A stretch of 64,000 bases of DNA from Lama glama (GCA_028534125.1 CM052817.1:91142001-91206000); one strand, 5' to 3'. Counted from the stretch's first letter, positions 24,120 to 37,949 are shown. Numbers and translations: made by a program. Notes: generated by a model not told the origin, from the letters alone.

Positions 24120-25010
24120 TGGACAGCGAGAGGCAGGGGGGTGTAAAACTCGGGAAGAGTCACTAATTCAAGAAGGAGGCGGAATCTGCCGGGCTCCTAT
24201 CTGCTGCGGCAAATGCGAGGCTCTGCCGGTTGGAAAAATTCGTGAATGTCTGAGCCGGTGCGATGTCTCTCCCCTCCTCACACACTTCTCACTTCTTCTT
24301 TGCAGAAAGAAAATCTCTCTTTAGCTTGGTGCTATTAATCTCCAGTGATAAACAATAGGTTGGAAATTCAGAGAAAACAAACCACTGAAATTATTATTCA
24401 CCCCTTGCTCCAGATTGCTCTGTGAGCTCCAGAATACATGTTCTGCATTCGGTGACTAAGGCCCCGTCCCATGAGTTTTCCCAGTTCAATCAACTGTGCT
24501 AAGAACTGTCACAATAGCCCTTGACGACAAGAAAATAAGATTTCGGGTAGAATGGAAAGCCTGACGCGCATCATAACTCTTGCTTGCACCTGTTTCCACC
24601 CTGCTTCTTGCTTCATTTCCACCCCCGCCCCCGTCGCAGACAATGTTCGCGAACCCTTTCATCCACCTTAATGACAAAGGAAAAGAAAAGGGTTACTTTT
24701 CCAGTTTGGATAATTGCTTCTGAAATGTTGTCACAATCTTCCAAATGACTATATGTCTTTCATGTCAGACCACTGTGGTTTCCGCTTGGTTCAGGTTGCG
24801 GTTTTGTTCAGGGTTCTGGTCGACTGAGAGCCTTGGGAGTTTTGTTTTGTTTTTGGTTTGGTTTTTTTTTTTTCCTTTGTTTTTAAGGAAAAGACAAAGC
24901 AAAAACCAAATAAGTCACCATGATAACTTATGACAGAAAAATCAACATCTGAATCGAATGATAATAGCAGGAGCCAGGCAGCAGGGAGACGAGGCATCTT
25001 GTGCCAAGAA
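24120..25010. promoter_or_regulatory. CpG-retaining unique block, enhancer-like
   Basis: Repeat-free with many CpGs. GC box ccccgcccc at 24623-24631. RUNX sites TGTGGTT 24774-24780 and TGCGGTT 24797-24803. Confidence 0.35.
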
Positions 25011-27111
25011 AAGAAAGGCACGGAAAGTTATTTAAAACTGATCGAAACCCACTAGGAGTCACAATCCCATCATGGTTTCCCTTTGGAAAAGCAGTTTTCA
25101 GAAGCCCCAATTAACCTTAATTGAATTCTGCCTTAGTAATATCTGGAATTTTAATTGACTGGGAAGTTTATCATAAATCTCTGTTCATGGTGCGCTTAGC
25201 CATGAGTAAATCCCTGGATGGCACACAGCCTTGTCATGCAGGGGACTGACTCTTCTGCTGGTGAGGCTGGATTTTAGATCATAAAACAAACATTCAAAAG
25301 GGAAAGCCCCTCGCTGTCAGAGCCAGCCTGAAAGTGGCTTCCGTACAAAGTTCAGAGTAGAAGGATTCCAATGAACCAATGGTCCCCGTTTGTGCTGTCA
25401 GCAAGGACGCCTTCCTAAAATACGAACTGAAGAATCAGCCCCTCAAGACCCCCCAGAAGAAATTATCCTTCCAATCATTTAGGATAAGTGCAGTATTGTT
25501 CATGTTTTCTCTTTTAGAAAATCAACCATCAGTTCATTCTTTTCTTATTAAAACCGCTGAGGCTGGGGGAACGCTCTTAAGACTTTCAAATTGCCTTAAC
25601 ATGACTATTTAACTCAAAGTCTCTCAACGAGGGTTGGGAGGCCTGTCAGAATGACCTCAGTGCCTTATCAGAACCCCAAAGGCATATCCAACACTGAGGG
25701 AAGAAGCCTGAACAAATGTATTTTAAAGAAAAAAAGACATTTCCCTGGTAGATTCTGATTTGGAGTTCCCTACTACCCCCAAACTCACTGCCTCGCAGGA
25801 TGAAATACCATGGCTTTGGCCAAATGGACAGGCCAACCCAATCAGACAATCTGAGGGACTGACTTTGGTTTCACTAAATTGAATGGACGTTTGAATTAAC
25901 AAAGGTCACCAGTTGTTCTGAAACCATCTAGAAATAATCCGAATGTGATTTGACATTGTGGGAGAACCAACCCATGGCTCAGATGGGTAAGTCACTCTCC
26001 TGTTCCTCCCCATTTTCACCCACACGTCTTTGTCCCTCTACCATAGAGAAAAGTCAGGATATTCCCCTTATATAATGTACTCCTTGCTTTTGTGTTTTCC
26101 ATTCAAACAACAGAGACCATTAGAACCTTAAAAAATCATCAACAAAAGGAAGAAAAGTTCTGTATTCTAGTCAGATGGGGAAATGAGTGAAAAGGTGGAT
26201 TTAAAGAGTCCTGGTTGGGCATGAGGAAAACCAGTCACTCTTCTAAAGACCCCCAACTCTTCTCTCTTCACCTGTCGCTCTCTGTATTTTTCAGGGACCA
26301 CTGAGTTGTCCAGTGAAATTGGTCAGACATGAAACATGGAAACTGACACTGTACAAACTCGGACAAGGACAGGGTTACTTCTTCAGGTCCTAATTCACTT
26401 TCAAACTCATAAGGAATCCTGGAAGCAATGAACTAGACTGAAACAGCTAACTTCCTCTCCTTACCCTGCACGAGCTTTCCTGAAACTTGAAAATTTGAAA
26501 GGAAAGGAAAGAATAGTGGCAAACATTACCTTTTCATAAATTTACAAACCCTTTCCTATCTTTTTTTTACCTAGCATAACTATGTCTCTCTCTCTCTCTT
26601 TCTCTGTCTCTCATTCTTTTTCTCTCTGTCTCACTTTCCTTTACCCACCACCTCTCTCTGTCTTCTATACACAATTTGAAGCCTCTCATCCAAACCATAT
26701 ATTCCAAAAATGACACTGAGAAAAAGGGAGACAGACTTAAGGAAATCTAGGCACCAATTGATTTTGCCCCCTTGCTTTCTATATAACTTTTTAAGCCTCT
26801 TTGGTAAGTAGGAATGAGAATGTCAATGATCAATGAAAGTTAAAGAAGATGCCTGCAGAACAGGACCCTCATTATATTAATGCCCTCAATATACCTCACT
26901 TAGAATAAAAATATCAAAGAAAACAGAGGGAATTACGTGAGTAAATCTGGCATCAGCATGGGAGACTGGCGTTCTCAGTATCCTGATGTTTGTTTACAAG
27001 TTGGCCTGGTCCAGGGATTGTTTCCAGTTACCTGTAATTATGGGCAAATCACAGAGCAAGACCAGAGGGAAGACATAGACTATTTTAGATTCAATCTTCA
27101 ATATTTAGGAG

Positions 27112-27280
27112 AATACTTCCAAAGTGTAATCAGTGAAGTGCCTGCATCATGGCTGCCCTGGGTCCTCAGGATCTATACAGATTCCTGAGCCCCACCCCTA
27201 CCCGACTTACTGAATCACTGAGAAAGGGGCCCAGCAACATTCAGGTTATACTTACACTTATTAAAGATTGGAAATCACTG
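27112..27280. mobile_element. MER5-like hAT-Charlie
   Basis: cagattcctgagccccacccctacccgacttactgaatca...taaagattggaaatcactg. Confidence 0.6.
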
Positions 27281-27597
27281 ACGTAGGCAACAGTAATTAT
27301 CACTTACTGGGAAATGTCTTATCAAGGTAAGTTAAAGTGGTGTAGTTGTTTAAAAATTGGACTCAGGAGAAGTTTTTCCCAGGTCTGTCACTAAGTTGAC
27401 AAACTAAGTCAGACTTCTTATTTTGTTCCGTTTTAAAAATATGAAGAAATGAATTTAAACTCTCCAGGACTGGGAAGTCAAGCATTTACAATGGGGTGAT
27501 AGAATAGCTTGTTGAGTCCTCTGGGTCCGTATATGGCTGGGTTTGTGTATCATCAGCCCACAATTGAAGATACTGCGAAGGGTCCATCAAGTGACTC

Positions 27598-28025
27598 TGT
27601 GAATCAGAGTTTGCTTCGTAACAAAGCACTCCACAGTGTAGTGGCTTGAAACAACAGTCATTCATTTGCTCATGATTCTGAAGGTCGTGGGGTGGGAGGT
27701 GGTATGTTGGTTGTGAGCTGGCTCAGATGAGGCCAAGTGGTCTAGGAGGGCCTCATTCACCTGTCTGGAGCCTGAGCTGGTACTGACTCAGCTCTGCTCC
27801 CCAGGGTCTCCCTCCTCAGGTGGGCCACGCTTCCTGACACAATGGGCACATGTCAAGAGAGCAAGCAGAAGTGTGCAACCCCTCTCCAGGAGCAGGCTTA
27901 GAACGTGCATAACATCACTTCAGCCACATTACATATAGTCAAGGACAGCCAGGATTCAAAGGGCGGGGAAAGAACTCTACCTCTTTAAAGCCAGAGGTGC
28001 AAAGAATTGGTGACTATTTGCAATC
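27598..28025 (-). mobile_element. MLT1F/G/H-like MaLR LTR
   Basis: gtggcttgaaacaacagtcattcatttgctcatgattctg...catcacttcagccacatt...ccaggattcaaagggcggggaa. Confidence 0.75.
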
Positions 28026-28097
28026 ATAAATTCATAGAGTATACAGGCAGAGACAGGGGAAGATTCTGGAGCACTGCAGGTGCTGAAAGTGAATGCT

Positions 28098-28247
28098 ATG
28101 TTAACCTTGTATCCTTTTACCTTGCAGTAATCTAGAATGAAAAAGAATATGGAAAGGAATATATGTATGTAAGTGTCTGACTGGAACATTGTGCTGTACA
28201 CCAGAAATTGACACAATATTGTAAACTGACTATACTACAGTTTAAAA
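28098..28247 (+). mobile_element. Short L1 3' end
   Basis: gctgtacaccagaaattgacacaatattgtaaactgactatact. TSD aaagtgaatgct (28086-28097) / aaagtggatgct (28248-28259). Confidence 0.88.
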
Positions 28248-28649
28248 AAAGTGGATGCTGTATCTGGGCTTCTCACACACTCAGTGATGTCCTGGGTAGC
28301 AGGGCCCCTCTTCACCTAATAACGTTCATTCTCTTCACATCATCCTTTTCAACTGATTATCTCTCTCTCCATTTTTGTTTTCCACTCTCCTTTTCAAAAA
28401 CAATGAAGCCTCTTTATGATGCTAGTATTATCAGGACCGGAAAGCACAATGATGGTAATGCTTTGCCCCAAGCTGTCCAGCCTCAGATCTTGAGTCAACT
28501 TTGACCTGTCCAGCTCCCCTTCCCCTCCCAATGGTTCTTGCCTAGCCCTGTGGATACTGTCTCTGCAATACTGTTGTGTCCTCAGAGCACGTCCCCTACT
28601 GCGACTCATGCCGCCATCACCCCTCCTCAGATGCTCACTATTTCCCCAC

Positions 28650-28830
28650 CATTCACTAGTTTGACACCTTGAGCAACTTCCTCTAGGTTTCTATGCCTCT
28701 GTGTCTGAATCTATAAAATAGGAGCAATAATATACTCATCTGTCTGAGTTGTAATGCAATTAGTTATTCCCCTTGGAGTACTTAGCACAGAGCCTAGCAC
28801 ATTAGCAAATGTTCATTGACCGTATGTTAT
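28650..28830 (+). mobile_element. MIR
   Basis: accttgagcaacttcctc...atctataaaataggagcaataat...cttagcacagagcctagcacattag. Confidence 0.7.
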
Positions 28831-29099
28831 ATTCACCCAACCACAATGCATCCTTCTGATTTACCAGGTTGTTTCCTCAGTTCAAAAAGTGCCAAATGAA
28901 TCCCCGAAAGCCTTTGAAATAAACTCCTCAAGCTGGCATCCCTCATCTGCAATGGTACTTTTCATCTTTCTGCTGCTTCTCCTCCAAATTTCCCATTATT
29001 TTGATGAAGACACTCACCCTTCCCACCTAAGTCACACTCATTGTTCAAGACGAGCACCCACAACACTCAGTGACCACCTGCCTGCCCAGGTGCTACATT

Positions 29100-29390
29100 A
29101 GGTCTTCTCAAGCAGCCCCCAGCCCTGACCTAAGAAGTTCACTGTCCCCTCAAAAGACCCTTCTTCTGTTACCTTTAAATGATCCTCTCTGCCTCTGAGC
29201 AGCCAAAATAATGTATTTGTGTTTCTCTTACAGCACTTATATTACACTTTATACTGTAGTTCTGACTAATCTTATGTACTGAATCCCAAGCTCTTAGAAC
29301 TGTATCTTGTCATCTAACTTCTGCACCTATGTTTAATCTGGTGTCATGCACATAATAGAACCTCAATAACCATTTTCTGAATTAACAGAT
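29100..29390 (+). mobile_element. L2 3' end
   Basis: aagctcttagaactgtatcttgtcatc...gcacataatagaacctcaataaccattttctgaattaa. Confidence 0.55.
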
Positions 29391-29570
29391 AGGACTAAAA
29401 CCCTGCCTTATCAGCATCTTGGACCTATATCAGGCTGTAAGGGTTACATTCCAACCCGTAATTTAGCTGAGCTGATATAATAATGCACCATAACATTACT
29501 ATGCTTTGGTGTACTTGTTTCAACACACAAATGTGCACAATTCACTGCCTCCATCTCTATATATATATAT

Positions 29571-29662
29571 ATACTTTTTTAATGGAGGTACCAGAGATTG
29601 AACCCAGGACCTGGTGTATGATAAGCACACGCTGTACTGCTGAGCTATACTCTACCCCTCCC
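29571..29662 (-). mobile_element. tRNA-Ala-derived SINE (vic-1 type)
   Basis: tggaggtaccagagattgaacccaggacc...tgagctatac is the reverse complement of the tRNA-Ala-like head. Confidence 0.85.
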
Positions 29663-29967
29663 ACCCACTTCCTATATATTTTTGAAGAAACTTATGGGAG
29701 CAAGAGGTCTCATAGCTCTCACTGACTCATAATTTTTTGTGCCCCTTTTCATAGGACCTGTAGGTGAACTATCGTCTCTGACTGATGGTATTTTTAATTG
29801 ACCCAATAGTATCTAAATTTATCTAACAGAATTTTAAGTTGACCTAATTTATTTAACCAAATTTAACTAGACATCATCTCCACCTAATGTTCTTTAAATT
29901 AACCTGATGGAATTTTAAATTTATCCCAGTCCAGTAGTTAATCAGAATCAATAAAGTTAGTTCAGGG

Positions 29968-30157
29968 CAGTGGTTCTCAAAGTGTGGTCCCTGGACCAGC
30001 AAGAGCATTGGGATCACTTGGGGACTTATTAGACATGGAGATTCTCAGACCCCAACCCAAACCTGCTGAATCAGGAACTCGGTGGGTGGAGCCTGGCTGG
30101 AGGTGTTTTAACAAACTTCAGGTTGTTTTAAGGTAGGCTAATATTTGAGAACCACTA
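29968..30157 (+). mobile_element. MER5A hAT-Charlie
   Basis: TIRs cagtggttctcaaagt / atttgagaaccacta. Internal acctgctgaatcaggaactc. Confidence 0.88.
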
Positions 30158-31380
30158 GTGAAGTGATGTACTGAGATGGTTTCTGGGCAAATAAGCTGGG
30201 AACGCAGATGGAAGATAGGAAACAAACTTTTGGATGAAAACAAATTATTCCTGCATTCTGGTTTGCATAGATTTGCAGGAGACCAGCAGAGACAGCAGAT
30301 GAGTGCAGTGGCTGAGACCCAACTTCTGTGACTGGCCAAGATACAAGCTATGCATCTGTTTACGCTGGAACTAAGGGGATAGGGGCTGTGTCCTAACGTG
30401 ACACTGTCAGCACCCAGAGTTATTTTTAGAGCTGGGTTTTTGTTTCACAGGTGTAAGAAGAAAAGTCCAAAAGATTTAGAATGTCTGCAAAGAATACAGT
30501 ATCTAAAACATTTTAGAATTCGAGTTTTCTCTTCACAATGGGAGACTCAGAAATAAAAGGAAGGAGTAGAGTGATTGATTGTACCATGGCTCACCTGACA
30601 GGGCAGCCAGCCAGCCTCACCTGCAGGTATCCAAGCATGCAAACGCTTGCTGGGGGCTTGGGAGGCTCACCTGATCCCCCTGAGATGGCAGCTAGTGGCC
30701 CACGTGCTCTCACACGCTCTCACATGCAATAGGATTACCTTATCAACCCCCACAACACCGATGGGCCAAGCAACTCGGGTCACATTTTTGCTGTGTAACT
30801 ACTTCTTATCTTTGTTAAGCCCAGTGACAGCTTTCCTACCAGTAGGAAAACATGCCATCACCTCTGTTTGAGGACTCATCGCTAAGTCAAATTACACAAA
30901 ATCTGTGACTTTCTGAAAAATATATAGTATGAGCATGTAAAAGTTTAAAATTAATTCTCTATGGATGGCTGTTGGCTAAGTTCCTTAATGGAAGGATTTT
31001 CAGTGATTTCTTAGAGAATCAAATTGGCTGCGGAGATGTAACTATTTTAGAGACATGCAGAAGTGTGGAGAGAGAATAAAGCATAACAAGAAGTAGGGAA
31101 CTTAAGTGGAGGCAAGAGTTTTACACAGAATACCTAAGTTTTTCAAAATCAGGGTGTACATGATAAAGTCTAACAGAATAGATTTGGAAGTCAAAATGGA
31201 GCTAAAAGTAGAAGTAGCTGTATAATGTAGGATTATTAAAGCATTACAGAGAAAATAAATTACATTCTGCACCCAATGCACATTCTATCCAACTATTTAA
31301 TGGCACTGGTCTGTATAGAAAGTGACACTCATTGACAAACAGCCTGACATACCTTTGGTTCCTACAGTCCCAGTGATCTT

Positions 31381-31458
31381 TTTCAGCTGTATTGAAGTAT
31401 AATTGACAGATAAATTGTAATATATTTTAAGTATACAACAGGGTGATATGACATCATA
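31381..31458 (-). mobile_element. 78-bp L1 3' tip
   Basis: tattgaagtataattgaca. 18-bp TSD tacagtcccagtgatctt (31363-31380) / tacagtcccagtaatttt (31459-31476). Confidence 0.8.
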
Positions 31459-32114
31459 TACAGTCCCAGTAATTTTAAAGAAATTGACTTTGTAATGTCT
31501 CCTCCTCCCCTCCTTCCCAGTCCCACCTCAGTCAAAACCTAAAACCCAAGAACTTACTAACAAATACATTCTAAGAAGGAGAAGAATCTCTTACCCTTGA
31601 CCAAGCTGCAGAAGAACTATCAGTACAGTTATGAAATTCTTCCTCAGAGCCTCTGCCACCCCTTCTCACTTTTCAGATTCAAACTGTTTTATTTAGTACA
31701 CAAATATTCACTGAGTACTTAATAAGTTTCAGATGCTATGCCAGACACTGGGACTACATTCCAGGAATTCGCAATCAGATGCAGCAGATACAACTTTTAT
31801 CCCAATCACCTGAAGTGCTTGTAAATTACCAGTTCCCAGGTCCTGCCCTGAACCTTAATTGGAATCTCTAGGGAGGGAACCTTAGCTCTGTGGGCCTCCG
31901 AGGCCACAAGAAGTAGGAAAGCCCATCAGTCTGTGTTAATGGAAAAAGCTTCTTGCCCCTCTTGACAGTTAAGGTGGCTTTGTCCGCAGGCAAGTGGCTG
32001 CTTCCATGAAAGGAAGGCTGCCTGCATGGTGGCTTCAAGCAAATGTTTTCTCCATGCTAGCCTTACACAAAGACACCCAGATTTTAGCCAAGGCAAACAA
32101 GCCACTAGGAAAAG

Positions 32115-32613
32115 TGTTACCAAACCAAACTCAGGTGCACTCAACAGAGCGCAGTAAAGTCAACCTACTGACAGCGGGTTGTGGTGAAGGAAAGGGCAGT
32201 GTTTATTGTAAGGTGCCAATACCAGGAGAAAGGGCCGCTTGCTCATGCTCAGAAACCCCAAACTCCCTGAAGGGTTTCAGCAAAACATTTTAAGGCCCAG
32301 GTGAGAGAGGGGAGTCATGGGGAGTATGATCAGCTGGTGCACAATTCTCTGACTGGTTGATGGTGAGGTAACAGGGCAGTGTCTCAGAGTTAACATGATC
32401 AATCCTTAGGCACCAATAGGTCTGGGGGCTAAGTGCTCTTGGTCATCAAATAGTTAATTTCTTCTGTTTGGTGGTGGTTTTAGCATCTGTAAAACAACTC
32501 AGGAAAGGTGTACCAGATATTATTATCTAGGTCGTTCAGAGAGGAGCTACAGCAGAGGCTATGGGGGAGGAGGTCTGTCCCAGAAGGGCCCCAGATGGTC
32601 CTGGTCCATTACA
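32115..32613 (-). mobile_element. ERV1-type solo LTR
   Basis: TG...CA termini, exact 4-bp TSD AAAG (32111-32114 / 32614-32617), minus-strand AATAAA near 32192. Confidence 0.85.
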
Positions 32614-33469
32614 AAAGGTTTAGTCCACATGGCCTTCAGCTGAGGCTCTGGACCATTGGGGAGGTCTCAGCAGAAGTGGTGCTTCTTGAACTAGATTATA
32701 CTTGCTGTGCGTCCTGGGGTGGGGTGGAGGTTCCAGTGGCTCAGCAGAATAAGAAATTAGAGGCAATGATCTGGAGGCTTTAACATAAGAATGTTTAATT
32801 CAAGGGCAAAAGATATATATTTCTAATTTTATATCCTTTGGGCCTTAACATATCTGGACTTGGAATTTCAAGGAGATTTAACTATTGGAGTTTAATTTCT
32901 CACTAGGAATTTGATCATAGGAGAGACTTTATATCCACTTTGGGGTATCTTTATGTAGTTAGCATTTTATTATTAGATCTTGGCATCATTAATCGCCTTA
33001 TAGCTTCTCCAATATGCTGTGCTGAACAACAGGGCTGTAGGGAACAGGGTGCCAGTTCCCGGGTCTTCTGCGCCTTCAACAGCCTAGTGGTACAATCCAT
33101 GTCTCTAAACAGCAGAAGCTTGCTGAGTGTCTATCAAGTGCTCGTTCCAACTGGGTCCCCTGGAAATTAAATGTCTCTGACTTAAACGATGCTAAAAGAC
33201 ATTGAGGGAGCTGGGATTTAAAAACTGACAGTGCAGTGGTTCTGTGGAATCAAATAGACTTATACCTGAGTCCTAAAAGGCAAGGCCCAGAAGCAACCAT
33301 AAGCAGTAGATGGGAAGTGAGGTTTCAAAGACTCCCAGACCATCATCAGAGCAAGACCCAAAAATGGGACTGGGACCCAGAGAGTCCAGTCAGTGGTCTG
33401 AAACCAGTGGTTCTCAAAACGTGGAACTCAGAGTAGCAATTTCAGCACCAACTAGGAAGTTGTTTGTCC

Positions 33470-34050
33470 TCTCTGTGTCTAGTCATTGGTAGGATTCCAG
33501 AAAAACCCCTCCTATGCCGACACACTGAACTTCACAACACAAAGATGCAGGACTAAAGGTCACACGACCATGTGAATGTGTCCGAAGGCTAGGATGTCTA
33601 TAATCTATTGTTCAACCCAAGTGAGCTAGCCTAAAGGATCAGGTTGTCAAATCACTCACACAAATCCAAGACTTTACCCCAAATCAAGCTGTACTAGTAC
33701 TTTTACGGATACAAGCAAGCAAGAGGCACAGGCAAAGCAAGGTGGTGTCTGGGATGTCCTACATGACCCCCCACGTCCTCCCTTCCCGCACCAGACACAT
33801 GCCCTCTGGACAGAATAATATATGGGGTTTCTAGACGAGTTTATGTGTCACTTCACACATCAAGGAGGTTTCAGGTTATGAAACATCCCCATTTTATACC
33901 CAGATAGTTGTATAGGGAGCATGATCTTCTCCAGCGATCATGCCTTCTAAATCTAGAACATCTAGACTTGCTGACCATAAGTAATCCCAAACCAGGGAGC
34001 TCCAACTAAGAACACTCCATATATCAGGACTTTCCTATCAAATATCACCG
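33470..34050 (-). mobile_element. Possible ancient ERVL-type LTR next to a MER5 fragment (33404-33465)
   Basis: The MER5 TIR cagtggttctcaaa is cut off and LTR-like text follows. Family not resolved. Confidence 0.3.
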
Positions 34051-34185
34051 ATCAACCAGGAAGTCCAGTTAAGGACATGTTTACAGTGAGATGAAACCAG
34101 GCCACTTCCTTTCTTTTCCAGAAGCATTCTCCCAAGCAATCAGAGGAGAAATGGATCACAGGCGAGCTGTTTAACTCCTTCCTCC

Positions 34186-34293
34186 CCACCAGGACACTTT
34201 TGAGAGGAAGAAGAAAGGCCCTATGAATAATTATGCCAAGACAACAGGTGTAAATTAAGACTGACCCAGATAAACCAGAATGTATTGTCACCC
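34186..34293. mobile_element. MER94-like hAT-Blackjack MITE
   Basis: ggacacttttgagag...aataattatgccaagacaacaggtgtaaa...tgtattgtcaccc. Confidence 0.7.
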
Positions 34294-34879
34294 GCTCTAT
34301 AGCATCCAGCACTGAAAATGTGTGGGTAGCAAAAAAGAAACAAGATTTGAAATGCAGGGAACAAGAAGCTAGTCTGTGGGAAATTATTTTAGTCTTCAGA
34401 CAAGTAAAATTGTAACTGGAAGATTCAATTCTCACTGAAGCCCAGTCAAAACAAAAGTTTCTGTCGGGAATAGACTCAACAAGGCACAGTATACAATTAT
34501 AGATGCACTAGATTTTCTTTCTTTTTTGATGAGAATTGTGCAAAATAGAATTTATCATAACTCTTTTATCATAGGCCAAAATCCCATAGTTGTATTAGAC
34601 AAATTTGTGTGTGACATCACATGATTTATGCATTCTGAACTCTAATAAATAAAAAAAGCTTTGATCAATCAAGCTAAAGGAAGGATTGTATTATCCTTCT
34701 ATAGTCACTATAGAAATTGATATTACAAAATCATTGTCATGTAAAGAGTCAATCAAAACAAGCTGCCCAAAAAAACTAGGGGAAAAAAAGATATCCAGAA
34801 AATAATAAAAACAGGATGTTATTTTCTGGATTTGTGATATGTTTGTGATATTTCTCAACGTTTTGAGCTGACACATGGT

Positions 34880-35270
34880 GAAGTAGGAAACACAAACGAG
34901 GTTAGGAAGTCAGACAGACTTGGTTTAAATCCTAGCCCTCCCATTTACTAATCACGTGACTTTGGATGAGCCCCTTTACCTCTGGTGCCTCAGTTTTCTC
35001 ATCTGTGGAATGGGGACAATAAAAGTGGCCTAATCATAGGGATGCCATGAAGATTAAATAATTTTCTACATACAGAGTGCCTACAACCTGAACTGGTTCC
35101 TCAGTGCACCATTAACAACAGCGTTAATGATTAAGTGGGCTAAACGTCTCAGAGCCTCCATTTCTACTTTACAAAATGAGGAAAAGATACCCATCTTACA
35201 GAAAATCAAGGACTAGAGGTCACTAACGTCACTGGCATTTAGTGGGTGTCCATAAATTAGGACCATTAGT
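34880..35270 (+). mobile_element. Two MIR copies
   Basis: gtcagacagacttggtttaaatcctagc...cctcagttttctcatctgtggaatggggacaataa and agagcctccatttctacttttacaaaatgagg. Confidence 0.8.
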
Positions 35271-37149
35271 CTTTGAATAACAGGTCCAGGTGAGCCCTTG
35301 AGTCCTCCCCTCCACTTCCTCAGTGAAGGATTCCCATCCACTCAGCAGTTCTGGGGACTCCTGACTCCAGCCCCTGACTCCCAGCTTCCCTCCCTGTCAC
35401 CCACCACCCTCTGGGATCTGGTGACTCTCTAAAAGCAGCCTGGTTTTAGACTTTGCATACTGCGTTACCTTATCCTTTGTTTTGAAAAAACACCTAACTA
35501 GCCTTAGGGCGACAGGATTTTTGCCTTTAACGTTTTATTTCATGCTTTCTCTTTTTCCTCTCTCTCCTTGTCAAGTTTGCAGTGTTTGCTTCATTATATT
35601 CTGTATGAAAAGAAAATGAATTGTCTGGAATTGGAATGTCTGGAATGTCTAGAAATTAAACGATTAACTTGGGTCCCAAGAAGAAATGGGTACTGATTCC
35701 ACTTTAACTGTCAGGTATGTTCTCCAACTTCCAACACGCCCTCTGCTCCTTATCCTGCTCCACCCCCTACCCACCCCACCACCCTCCAGAAATCAGCATG
35801 TTTTTGGTAATGTGGCCTGACTTACCGAATGGAACATCTTGAAGTCTTCATTTAAAAAGCAAAAGCACCAAACTCACACTCTGAAATGATGTCATTTTAA
35901 TGTCATACTTGGTTCTTTCACTGAATTTCAACCTCAGGTGTTGGTTTCATCTACTCATTGATTTTTATTCATTAATAAGCCAGTGAGGCCCTATGTGTTA
36001 CTCTGCTGGCCACTCCTCAGATCCAAGGCCAAAGAAGCCAAATTTTACTACTAGAGTGTTTGTATTTATAGCCTGGGTGCTGAAGAGACACAAGATCTAA
36101 AACTAAAGAAGTAAGGATGGAGGGGTGAGGGGATGGGAAGGGAGGAAGGAGGGAGGGAGGGCATCTGCTCTGTGTCTCTGTCAGTGTCCATCCATGAAAA
36201 GACTACTGCCAGCTCTGTACCCATCTTTAGGACTCACGCCCAGGCAAAGTTTTGGGTTTTTTAAAATGAGACAGACCCTGATAGAACAACAGCTCTCAAG
36301 GAGAGGAAATCGCTGATATTCTCCCAAGTAATTCCAAGGCATCATCATATGAAAATATTTAATCGAAAAATCCATCTCTTACCAACTTTAAGAGCCAGGC
36401 CACTACCATACTGCATGTAGACAGGCCTGCAGTATCATCTCACTGTTCCTGGTCTCAGAGCTGAGCTCTTTCCTCACTTCTCACTTAGCCTGCGTCATCT
36501 CCTCCTGATGGTTGACCTTGACATCAACTCGCACCTGAGTACTGATGCTCAACATCCCTGCCAGCACCCACGCATTCAAGGAAGAGAACTCAAAAGCTGC
36601 TGCAAAACTGGAGTTAGAGTTTAGTATCATTTCTGTAAAAAATATAATCTAAACAGGAGTGAATGTGTGTATATGTGTATGTATATGTATACTGATATAT
36701 GCATATGTATATAATATATATACACAGAACAAGACACATAGGCATATAAGCTTAAATATTAACTGAGTCATGTTGTTTAGGTAATTTATATGTGTGTTTA
36801 TTATATATTTTTCTGTGTTTCTCTTTCTTTCTTTCCTTCTCTCTTTCTTTCATCTATTTTAGGCCAGAATCTCCAGGACACATCAAGCTTACGCTAAGAA
36901 GTGATATAAACTCCTGAACAGGCTTGGAGTATTCCTGTCTAAGCTCTCCCAGAATTTTAGGACATCCAGGCTCTAAAACATTTCACAAAGCAGGACTTTT
37001 GATTTCAGCTGCAATCCCCAAAGTAACCCTAAGCTTCCTAAGATCCTGGACTACAGTCTGCAGACCCAAAACAGTCATGGACAGAGGCCCATTTACTGAG
37101 GATCCCCTGAGGGGTGTTAACTGCATTTGACCCCTTGCTAGTCAGGAAA

Positions 37150-37375
37150 GTATAAGACTGGCTTTAGAATCAAACAGAATTGAGTTAAACTGTTGGCTCT
37201 GTCATTCACCACCTTTGTGACTTTGGGTTAAATAGCCTCCATTTCCTCACCTGTAAAATGGGGGCAATTCCCTCTACGTCATTAGGTTGCTGTGAAGACT
37301 AATGAAGTAACGTTGCAAAGTGTTCACCCAGGTAGTGCCTGGATATGTAGGCACTCACTGAATAGTACTAATCAG
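37150..37375 (+). mobile_element. MIR
   Basis: ctggctttagaatcaaacag...tttcctcacctgtaaaatggggg...agtgcctggatatgtaggcactca. Confidence 0.8.
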
Positions 37376-37949
37376 CATTAAAGGCTACCGATAAGACCTG
37401 GGCTTTGAGCATTTTTTATGGTGAAGCACAACCCAAGCAGTTAGCATTCCTCTTACAAAGATCTACTTCCTCTGGTCGACACTAACAAAGAGGAACTTCA
37501 GTTACCTCCTTCCTGAGCTCTCAGCTGGGAAGTGCTCGCTGATGCGGGCCCTGCAGGCCGCCACTCACTTTATGGCTGGCCACTGTCTGGGACTCCTGGA
37601 CACAGACTTCAGACGGCTGCCGCTGCTTCTCTCAGGGAGCCAGCGGGGAGGGACGTGGGCAGACAGCACTTCGTCTCACTGGGCTGTCTCTTTCTTCTCT
37701 GCATCATTCTACCTGTGGCCACGGAGGGAGCTGTACTGGCTTCCCCTAAAAGGTTGGGGGAATTCAAGGGAATTGCACATTGGAAGGGAACACAAAGCTA
37801 TGTGTGAAAGATGGCGTTTCCCACCATCCAGGGGGAAAAGGACCCAGAGAGTTACCTCCTCCTCAGTGAGGGGCACACCCCCTTCCTAACTCTGCTGTCC
37901 TGCCCTCAGGGCTGCCCTTCTTTCAAAACATGCCTTTCTTCTAGCCTCC

